From NCBI RefSeq assembly GCF_009914755.1, contig NC_060931.1: 64,000 nucleotides of DNA; one strand, 5' to 3'. A program made the translations under genes and the position numbers. The notes under the pieces are model-generated. The model did not search any database, was not told where the DNA came from, and saw nothing but the letters and a program-made list of their open reading frames with translations. Shown here piece by piece: positions 30,479 to 44,819 of the stretch; the stretch's first letter is position 1; each line of letters begins with the position of its first letter. This stretch comes from the human T2T-CHM13v2.0 reference genome, Homo sapiens.

Positions 30479-31052
30479 TGCTGAGGCTTGAGTAGGTAAA
30501 CAAAGTGGCCAGGAAGCTCCAACTGGGTGGAGCCCACTGCAGCTCAAGGAGGCCTGCCTGCCTCTGTAGATTCCACCTCTGGGGGCAGGGCATAGCCGAA
30601 CAAAAGGCAGCAGAAACCTCTGCAGACTTAAATGTCCCTGTCTGACAGCTTTGAAGTGAGTAGTGGTTCTCCCAGCACAGAGTTTGAGATCTGAGAACGG
30701 ACAGACTGCCCCCTCAAGTGGGTCCCTGACCCCCGAGTAGCCTAACTGGGAGGCACTCCCGAGTAGGGGCAGACTGACACCTGACATGGCCAGTACCCCT
30801 CTGAGACGAAGCTTCCAGAGGAATGATCAGGCAGCAACATATGCTCTTCAGCAATATTTGCTGTTCTGCAGCCTCCGCTGCAGATACCCAGGCAAACAGG
30901 GTCTGGAGTGGACCTCCAGCAAACTCCAACAGACCTGCAGCTGAGGCTCCTGACTGTTAGAAGGAAAACTAACAAACAGAAAGGACATCCACACCAAAAA
31001 CCCATCTGTATGTCACCAGCATCAAAGACCAAAGGTAGATAAAACCACAAAG

Positions 31053-32068
31053 ATGGGGAAAAAACAGAGCAGAAAAGCTGAAAATTCTAAAAATCAGAGC
31101 TCCTCTCCCCCTCCAAAGAAATGTAGCTCTTTGCCAGCAATGGAACAAAACTGGATGGAGAATGACTTTGACGAGTTGAGAGAAGAAGGCTTCAGACAAT
31201 CAAACTTCTCCAAGCTAAAGGAGGAAGTTCAAACTCAACGCAAAGAAGTTAAAAACCTTGAAAAAAATTAGACGAATGGCTAACTAGAATAACCAATGTA
31301 GAGAAGTCCTTAAATGACCTGATGGAGCTGAAAAACATGGCACGAGAACTATGTGACGAATGCACAAGCTTCAGTAGCTGATTCGATCAATTGGAAGAAA
31401 GGGTATCAGTGATGGAAGATCAAACGAATGAAATGAAGCGAGAAGAGAAGTTTAGAGAAAAAAGAGTAAAAAGGAATGAACATAGCCTCCAAGAAATATG
31501 GGACTATGTGAAAAGACCAAATCTACGTCTGATTGGTGTACCTGAAAGTGACAGGGAGAAAGGAACCAAGTTGGAAAACACTCTTCAGGATATTTTCCAG
31601 GAGAACTTCCCCAATGTAGCCAGGCAGGCCAACATTCAAATTCAGGAAATACAGAGAATGCCACAAAGATACTCCTCAAGAAGAGCAACTCCAAGACACA
31701 TAATTGTCAGATTCACCAAAGTTGAAATGAAGGAAAAAATGTTAAGGGCAGCCAGAGAGAAAGGTCGGGTTACCCTCAAAGGGAAACCCATCAGACTAAC
31801 AGCTGATCTCTCAGCAGAAACTCTACAAGCCAGAAAAGAGTGGGGGCCAATATTCAACATTCTTAAAGAAAGGAATTTTCAACCCAGAATTTCATATCCA
31901 GCCAAACTAAGCTTCATAAGTGAAGGAGAAATAAAATATTTTACAGACAAGCAAATGCTGAGAGATTTTGTCACCACCAGGCCTGCCCTAAAAGAGTTCC
32001 TGAAGGAAGCACTAAACATGAAAAGGAACAACCGGTACCAACCACTGCAAAAACATGCCAAATTGTAA
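31053..32068 (+). pseudogene. Disrupted L1 ORF1p
   Basis: MGKKQSRK...; stop at 31271; remainder ...YVKRPNLRL...YPAKLSF...QKHAKL. Confidence 0.9.
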
Positions 32069-32129
32069 AGACCATCGATGCTAGGAAGAAACTGCATCAA
32101 CTAACGAGCAAAATAACCAGCTAACATCA

Positions 32130-35953
<3,824 letters not shown>

Positions 35954-36331
35954 ACAATGAGAACACTTAGACATGGGAAGGGGAACAGCACACACTGGGG
36001 CCTGTTGTGGGGTAGGGGGAGGGGAAGGGATAGCATTAGGAGATATACCTAATGTAATTGACGAGTTAATAGGTGCAGCACACCAACATGGCGCCTGTAT
36101 ACATATGTAAAAAACCTGCACGTTGTGCACCTATACCCTAGAACTTAAAGTATAATTAAAAAAATATATATATTATAAAAAAAAAGAAATAATTCTCTGG
36201 ATGACTGCTTTTACATTTTATCTGTGCCATTATCTCCCCTTTTTATCCAGCCTACCAGCCCACACAACAGATTTTGGATTTGCCAGCCTCCATAATTGAC
36301 TGAGTCAATTCCTTTTAATAAGTTTCTTTAC

Positions 36332-36380
36332 AGACACACATACACATACACACACACACACACTCACACACACACACACA
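36332..36380. repeat. (CA)n microsatellite within MLT2
   Basis: Directly visible. Confidence 0.95.
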
Positions 36381-37979
36381 TCTTATTGGTTCTTTTTCTC
36401 TGGAGAATCCTGATTAATACAATGTTCTTCCTGATTTTCTGTCTAGTTATTCTGTCAATTATTGAGAGAAGAGTGTGGAAGCCTCCAGTTATAATTGTAG
36501 ATTTTTCCGTTTCTCCTTTTTTAGTTCTATCATTCTTTCTTCATGTATTTTGCAGCTATGTTGTTTGGTGCATAGACATTTGGATTGCTATGGCATTTTA
36601 GGGGACTGGCCCATTTTAATTATGTAATCTTTCTCTCTATCCCTGGGAACTTATCTTATCTGGTTTTAATATTGCTACCCTAGCTTTCTTTCGATTAATT
36701 TTGGCATGGTGTATCTTTACACATCCTTTTCCTTTAGTTCTACCTCTATTGTATTTAAAGGGAATTTTTTGTAAACAGCATATCTTTTGGTATTTTTTTC
36801 TTCACTCTACCAATGTCTGTTTTTAAAAAATATTTTATTAGACCATTTATATTCAGTATAGTTGTTGATATGTTAATGCTTAAGTGTGTAATTTTATTTT
36901 TTGTTATTCTGTTTGATCTGTTTTTATTTTTTCTGCCTTCTTGTGGGTTACTTGAACATTTTAAAAATTCCTTTTATATATATTTGTGTGAGGTATAGAA
37001 ACTTTATCTCTTTTTAAGTTTCTTTTCTCTCCTTCCTGTATACTTATCTTAAATATTTCCTCTATATTCATGGGCAGCCACTTAAGAAAATTTTATAATT
37101 TTTGTTTCGTGTCAAATATAATTTAGAACACTCAAGAATGGAAGAAAATACATTATAAATGCCATTATTCTTTTTCTTTCTACTGTCCTTATTTTCCAAA
37201 ATTATGTCTTTTATACTTTTTGTTTATAGATCTTCCTATAGTCATTCTTTCAGGGTGGGTCTATCTCTTACATTTCTTTCACTTGCAAATGTCTTCTCTT
37301 CTCTCTAATTTCTGAAATGTATTTTCACTGGATATTGGATTCTATCTTAACAGTTCTTTTCTTATAGTGCTTGAAAAATATTATCCCACTTGCTTTTGAC
37401 TTCCATGGTTTCTAATAAGAAATCTGCTGCCATTTGAATATTTTTCTCTTCTATAAATAAGGAGGCATTTCTCTCCTGCTGCTTTTGTGATTTTTTTTTC
37501 CTGTCTTCAGTTTTTAGCAGTTGGTTTATGATGTCAGTTGGCATTGTTTTAGAGGGGTTTATGACGTTTTCAGTTTGCTCAGTTTCTTAAATCTCTTAAA
37601 TCTGAAGGTTTATTATATCTTTTGCCAAATTTAGGGAATTACAGTCATTATTTCTTTCAAACTTTTTAGCCCTCCTCTCTTTCTTCTCTTTTCCTTGGAC
37701 TTCAATGACACAAATGTAAGATGTTTTGTTATGGTCACACAAGTCCCAGGAGCTCTGTTCATTTCTCTTCAGTCTATTTTCTCTCTTTTGTTCAGACTGG
37801 GTATTTTCTATTGTTATGCACTGAGGTTTTTTATTTTGGTTACTGGGTTTTTCAGTCTTAACATTTCTCTTTAGTTGTTCTTTAAGTTTTCTATTCTTTG
37901 CTCAGGCTTCCTATGTTTCCATTTGTTTCAAGTGCATATGTTATTGCCTGTTGAAGTATTTTTATGATAGCTGCTTCAA

Positions 37980-38909
37980 TTTTTTTTGGTACAAAAGTGA
38001 ATGCTTTTTTAGAATTAGGAAATAAATCAAAACAAATTTCTGGAGGCTTGGAGATTCAGTGCTTTTCTTCTGAGAGCTCCTTAGGCAGTTTACCAGAAAC
38101 ACTTATTTAGAAATGCTACCTGAAAGCAACTTGTCTTCTCTTCCTCCCCTAGAAGTTCTACAAAAGCAGCAGCCAGCAGTGCTTGTGCAAATGGAGATCC
38201 TGGAGCTATGATGTTAGCTGCTTGGTAAACACACTTCTGCCTGTTGGAGATAAACTAATCTCTAATTTCAGTTTATGGGTAAAGAGGAAGGAAAGAAAAC
38301 ATAAAGGGAAAAGAGCCAGGGGAAGTGGGATTGATGGTTTCTATCTGATTTTTTGTTAGTACTATTTTCTCTAGCTTCTCCTACCTCATCACTTAAGTTC
38401 TCTCTCTTTGTTTGAGCTTGTACTCCATTTAATTTGAAGTAAAAAAAGTATGTGATTTACAAAATGATGTACAAATGAAAATGGGTACTGGTACCACTCA
38501 TAAACGTATTAGTACTAGTGATAGTAATAGAAGTAGTGATTGTAGTAGAGGTGAAAAGAGTGATAGTAGCAATAATGTTAGTTACAACGGTAGTTATAGT
38601 AGCAGTAAGAGTATTAGGAGTAGTAGCAAGAGTAATTGTGGTATTAATAGTACTAGTAATTGTATTAGTAACAATAGTAATAGTAGTGATAATAATATGG
38701 TGGCAATAGTAGACACAGTAGCAAGAGTAGTACAGGTAAAAATAATAGTGATACTAGTAATAGCAATAGTGCTAGGAGTAATAGTAGTTTATGTAGTAAT
38801 AGCAGTAATAGTAGGAAGAACTGTAGTAGTGATTTTAATAGTGGCATGAATAGTAGTAGTAATAGTGGTAACCATAGTCACAATAATGGCATAGGTAACA
38901 GTAGTTACG
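37980..38909 (-). other. Non-repeat ~930-bp insert interrupting the old L1; probable retroposed fragment
   Basis: T8 at the left end; host L1 sequence stops at 37976 and resumes at 39215; TSD-like 'gcttcaat'/'gcttaaaa'. Confidence 0.5.
38505..38907. repeat. Degenerate (AGT/AAT)n triplet low-complexity tract
   Basis: About 400 bp of agt/aat/agc/gat triplets. Confidence 0.9.
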
Positions 38910-38917
38910 GCTTAAAA

Positions 38918-39213
38918 TTTCTTTCTTTTTTTTGACACAGGTCTTGCTCCACCAGACTGGAATGCGTTATCATAGTTCACTGCAGCCTCGACTCCTGTGC
39001 TCAAGTGATCTTCCCACCTTAGCCTCCCAAGCATCTAGGACTACAGGCATGCGTGCCACCACACCTAGCTAATTAAAAAAAAAATTTTTTTTTGTAGAGA
39101 TGGAGGTCTCACTATGTTACCTAGGCTGGTCTTGAACTCCTGGCTTCAAGCACTCCGCCCGCCTTGGCCTCCCAAAGTGTTGAGAACATAGGTGTGAGCC
39201 ATTACACCTGGCC
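38918..39213 (-). mobile_element. AluJ
   Basis: J-type antisense Alu; TSD 'gcttaaaa' at 38910-38917 and 39215-39222. Confidence 0.9.
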
Positions 39214-39273
39214 TGCTTAAAACTCTTATCAAATAATTCAAACATCTGTGTCATCTTGATATTGGTATGTGTT

Positions 39274-39962
39274 TGTTAGAGTAGGTGGTTAGGCAGACAT
39301 GAGCAGGGCAAGAGATGCACCCCCCTCCTCCAAAACCCGAAGAAATGTCAGATGACCATCAGGTGGTGGTCAGGTGGCTGTCAGCACCAGGGAAAGGCAG
39401 TTTCCCAATAGACAGAAAATACCTGGAGCTGGTGATAAGCAACTTCTGGATACAATCTCAGGAGTTGGGTGACGGGGCTCATGCATGTGCACTAAGAGGC
39501 AAAATGGCATACTTTAACTGGTATATGACCTTCCTCTGGCAAGGCTTGACTGGTAAGGGAAAAAAACCTCAAGTGAACATGTGCACAAATTCAGTAAACA
39601 CACTGCACATGAGGCACCTCCGAAGTGCTGGCAGGCCACTGTACATGTGGACAGCCCACTCCATGGGAAGAATCAAGGGAGAAGAAATGCAAATCCTGGA
39701 ACCATGCCAATGTATAAAAGCTCAAGTCAAGGGTCTGGTGTGCACTTGATTTCTCAAGTATCCTGCTTGGCCCTCTTCCAAGTATACTTTGCTTCCTTTC
39801 ATTCTTGCTCTAAAACTTTAATAAACTCTCACTCCTGCCATAAAACTTGCCTTAGTCTCCTCCTCTGCCTTAAACCTACTTCTGGCCCTCGGCTAAATTC
39901 TTTCCCCTGAGGAAGCAAGGATCGAGTTGCAGCAGGCCTGTATGGATTGGCCACTGGTAACA
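39274..39962 (+). mobile_element. MER50 solo LTR (ERV1)
   Basis: 'tgttagagtaggtggttaggcagacatgagcagggca' through AATAAA to 'ggtaaca'; perfect 4-bp TSD TGTT at 39270-39273 and 39963-39966. Confidence 0.88.
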
Positions 39963-40920
39963 TGTTCATTGTCTATCTTCATTCCAGTTGAGATTTTCAG
40001 GTTCTTATGATGATAAATAATTTTAGATTGAATCCTGAGCATTATGGGTATGAGGAGACTCTTCATTTCATTTAAATCTTCTATTTTAGCATATCTCCTG
40101 TGATACTACACTGGTTGGAAAAGTGGGGCACTGTTTCTCTCTGGCAGTTGGGGTACAAGTCTGGGTTTCAAGTTGTCCTCCATCTGCACCCCGAAGGTAC
40201 AGGACCTCCTCATGCCTGCTGGCAGGGGTGGAGCCAGGCTCCCTTTGAGGCCTCTGCTGACACAGCAGGACTGGAAGGGGGAGGGGCACCTCTTTGCCGC
40301 TTCCCACATAGTCCCCCACATACAGCTTGTCAGGGCCTTGTGGCCAATGGGTGGTGACCTCCTGTGACATCACCTTAGCAGGAAGTGGAGGGAGCTTCAC
40401 TACTGCAGCATGAAGATGAAGGTCCCAGCTCTATACTTGGTCTTCTCTGATACCACCCCATAGGGAAGTAAGGGTGCCTCATTCCAGCCTTGAGGGAGTG
40501 GAAGTCTGGGGTCCCCACGTGGCTTTTGGTGGTGTGCATGGTGGTGTGGCCACAGTGTTTCCTGCAGTGTTTGGATGGAGGAGGGTGGTTATTGTATATA
40601 AGTTTTCTGTCTTGCTAGGCCCTCTCTTTCCTGGTCCTTTGAACTGGAGAAAACAGGCTTTCCTTGGTGCTTTTTTTTTTTTTTTTTTTTTTGTCTATGC
40701 TGATTGTTGTCTTCGTCAGCACCCAGTCCAGAACATATGAGGCAAAAAGAACACAAGAATTGCAGTTCTTTAAGTCCCGATGTCTCTAGCTAGTTTGCCT
40801 AATTTTATCCAAAATTTCAGAGTCACTTAAAAAAAACAATTACATCAAAGGTTTTCAGCCATACCCTCAAAAGGTCACTTTTTAATTCAAAAAGGTGTAA
40901 ATGATTTGGTTCATTACTAA

Positions 40921-41272
<352 letters not shown>

Positions 41273-42224
41273 CTCAAGACAAATTTTCTAAGCAGTTACA
41301 ATGTATACACTGTTATCCCTGAGGACGCTGCCTCTGCTGTAGAGAATGAATTGTATATTAATTCCCACATTCAGTGTTATGACAAGGACATAAAATACGG
41401 TCAAAACTGGGAGAAGAAAGTGGTGAAAATCCCTGTCCACATGACAACAAAAGGAGATGCAGTTGTGAGCACTGATAAAAGACTTCAGTATTAAATGAAG
41501 AGGAGAAAAGGTGTTCCTAACTAAAGTGACACCATAAGCAAAAACATGGAGGCTGTAGAGGTATGATAGATTTGACAAACACAGATGCACTCGGGGTGAC
41601 CAGAGGTAGGTGAGCAGGAGAGTATAATAGATGAAGACACAATGGAGGACCAGATTGTGTCTTCGTCTATTACACTGACCTGACCTTGAAGGCCAGGCAA
41701 TGTGTCTGGAATCTGGGCAACAGGGAGCTATAGTGTTTCTCAGTTCTCTGGGCAATTCTTGAAGGTATTTTGCTATTTTTATTCCAACATCATGACTATG
41801 GGGATATGACCAGGGAGTAGACAGAGAAAATTATGTTAAACTTAAAGATAACTAAAGCATTGCCTTTGAGTCATTGCCCAGTTGGTGTGTGGCCAACAGC
41901 CAACTTCATTCCAACTCTCTTCCCTTGCCTTCTGGGAAGTTGAGGGTGACCTGCCCATTATAGGATTGAAAGGCAGCAGCATCTTGGACTTAGGCAGAAA
42001 ATTGGCTGATTTGTTTTGTCCACAGGTTGGCTGTCATTTGAGTTATACAAATGACAAATGCCCCTTTCAGACTCTAGACATAGATGACAAGGGGGATGCT
42101 GCCGCTACTGCAGGATTGATAGTGGTAGAGGATTAGGGTATTAAAGCCCCTATGTGATGGAGCCTCACATATTGCAGGAGCCTCACATATTCCTTAGCCG
42201 GCTCCCTTATCTACAACCTGTGCA

Positions 42225-42385
42225 GTGCAACACAGTGCCCATAATTCCATTTGACCTTCATGGCAATCTGAAATATAGGTAACATTATTTCCATTTGACA
42301 GTTGGGAAAACTGAGTCTCAAAAAAGGCCATAACTTTCTCCACCCCAGATTACTTGGTGGACAGCAGAGAATAAGAATCAGTCAG
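42225..42385 (-). mobile_element. MIR remnant
   Basis: 'attatttccatttgacagttgggaaaactgagtctca'. Confidence 0.6.
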
Positions 42386-44819
42386 CTAGAAGCTACCCAT
42401 GGCCATACATACTTGGTGAAGATTTAGTCCAGACAATTATATGAGTAGGGCAATGTGTTCTCAAAGTTATCTGAAAGTCATCTTATGGTGATAAGGGCAG
42501 GTGCTTTGTGAGGAAGCTGGGAGCTGATATGTGAGGCTAGTGTGGGTTGGCTAGAGACAAGCTAGGACAGAGGAATTGACCAGAGTGAGTGGGAGTGAAT
42601 ATTAGTTTGCTCTTCTGAGTTGAGTGACCTTAGACATTGATGTCCTTTTGGCCTTTGCTACTTATTCTCAAAGTAGAGATAAGGATTCTTGAATTAGGAT
42701 GGTCTTCGGCCTCCCTCAGTGTGGTGACACAGAGAAGACCCTCCTCAGGGGCCTTGTGAATCTAAACTGGAGAAAGAAGATCCCCCAAGCTCTTTCCCTG
42801 GGATCTCACACCAAGCCCCTCAGACTTTCTACATTTGAATTCTCCAATCCTTATATACAACCTCGTAGTTGCGACAATGTGGGACCTTAGTGTTTATTTG
42901 GGAGCTTGTATTTCATTGGCTGTGGGTGCATTTGAACAGAAATTTGAGTAGATTGACAAACAAATGGCTAATTCTATAATTGCTATTAACCCCAATAGAT
43001 TTCAAACCATGACTTCAACTGCCTTGGACTGGGTTAATGCACTTTCATTTCTGAACTCTTCAGCATCAATCACATCTGGACCCAGAACAATCTCTTGACA
43101 AATTCCTACTTGGCTGAGCTGTTGCTGTCAAGGAAAGTTTCACTGATGTCTTGGCCACGAAATAGCCGCAAGACCCCTGAGCTTGCCTGGCTGTGGCCCT
43201 GATCACAGTCTGCCTCACTGCGAGGCCAAACCACCAGCTGGCAGGCTCCTCACTGCTGTTTGGTTGTGTGCCCAGGTGCAGGCTTGAGACTGCATTCTGG
43301 GTATTCCACAGGAAGTCTGTGGGTGCTATTTTTGAATGGTTGCCTCAGAAAGTCTTCCTGGTAAAGAACGGAAAGTGATCCCCAAGCACATCCCCAACCC
43401 ATCATGGCTATTGTTTCCATCCCAAGTATCCTGAGAATTCTCTAAGGAGACTTGACACTAACTTGCAGAGGTGAGTGAAATATGCCAAAAAGCCAATGGG
43501 GACCCAAGTCAGCTTATTCAAATCTCTATTAATGGGATTCCTGAGACGGGAGTCTTGGAGAAATTTCACCACAGCCTTATTTTGTGTCAGACTACATTAT
43601 ATGCTTGACTAATTCTGGAGGGAGAGAGAGTGAAGAATTCATGCCACTTAAAACAATTAATGCTACATCTTAAATTCCTAGAGTTCTGGAAAATTAGTCA
43701 CCATGGGAAATAGAGGTGTTCATATAGGAATGACTGTAAATAGGGATATTAGATTGGCTTTAACTCTCACATTCATTTTCAAGAATAAGAAGGTCAGGAA
43801 GGAGGACTCCTGCTAGTTGCAGACACTTCACAACACTGGAAAGTGCCCCATTTATTCAACATAAGCTAAATATTTGTCTTATCTGTTCATCCAAAGAAAG
43901 ACCATAGGAGGAAGGAGAAGGAAGGAATAATCCCAAATCTAGAGCAGAGCTGTTCCAGAGCAGGACAGGGAGGTAAACAACTGATGCACCCTCTCCACTC
44001 ACAAAGGTGTTGGGGAAAGGATTCTGAGGCAGCCTCAGGCCTCTCTGGGTATGGGTGCTGAGATTATTCCTAACATCTGCCAGGTTCTGGGGGTGGGGAA
44101 TGCTCCTGGGGAAATGAAAGCTGCACTTACAAACCCAAGAAATGGAAATTTACCAGAACCGTAAGACCAGCAAGAACCTGCCTTGGTACCATAATATGCT
44201 CTGGAAAAACGAGACCACAGAGCACAAGTAAACGACTTACTTGAAAGCCCCATCCTAGGCAAATAAAGAAAGTCTTCTATAAGGATGACCAGTGATGGGA
44301 CTCGGAGAAACTGGATAGTTTTCTGTCCTTCTGCTGGCCTTTCAAGAAAATCCACCTTGGATGTTAAAGGACAACCACATAACTTTTTGTAGACCTTGGT
44401 GCGACTCTGTCCACCATTAAGACCTCCTTCCATTGATCAGATCTCCAGAGTCATAAACCGCGCAATGAGGGGGATTTCCAACTTCCCTCCATGCTTCCCT
44501 GGCCTTAGCCACAGCTCAGCTTTCTGACAAAGGATCACTCCTTCTTCTCTGGGTTTCCACAGAGATTTTTCTCTGCAAAGGGAGCTGTCAAGTAAGATGC
44601 ACTGCTGAGGAACTTTTTTTAGAAGTCTCAGAAAATTATTCTATTTAAGACCAACTTTGTGCTGACTTTGGCATCTTTCAACCTGTGTCATGTCTGCTTC
44701 AGGATAAGATTAAAGACTTGGCTTTGGTCCTCGAGTCTTTATGTGCTGAGGATTCCACAAATTTAGGCATGAATATAGGAGAAAAACCCATGGAAGTTCA
44801 TATAGATAATATATGATTA

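Noticed and set aside
38475-38849. Plus-strand ORF with a Ser/Asn-rich part and a hydrophobic, TM-like tail
   Set aside because: It is an artefact of the triplet tract; the composition switch coincides with the frameshift at ~38697.
44035-44433. 132-aa minus-strand ORF in unique sequence
   Set aside because: No recognisable domain, and it reads through a consensus splice donor. Its length is compatible with chance.
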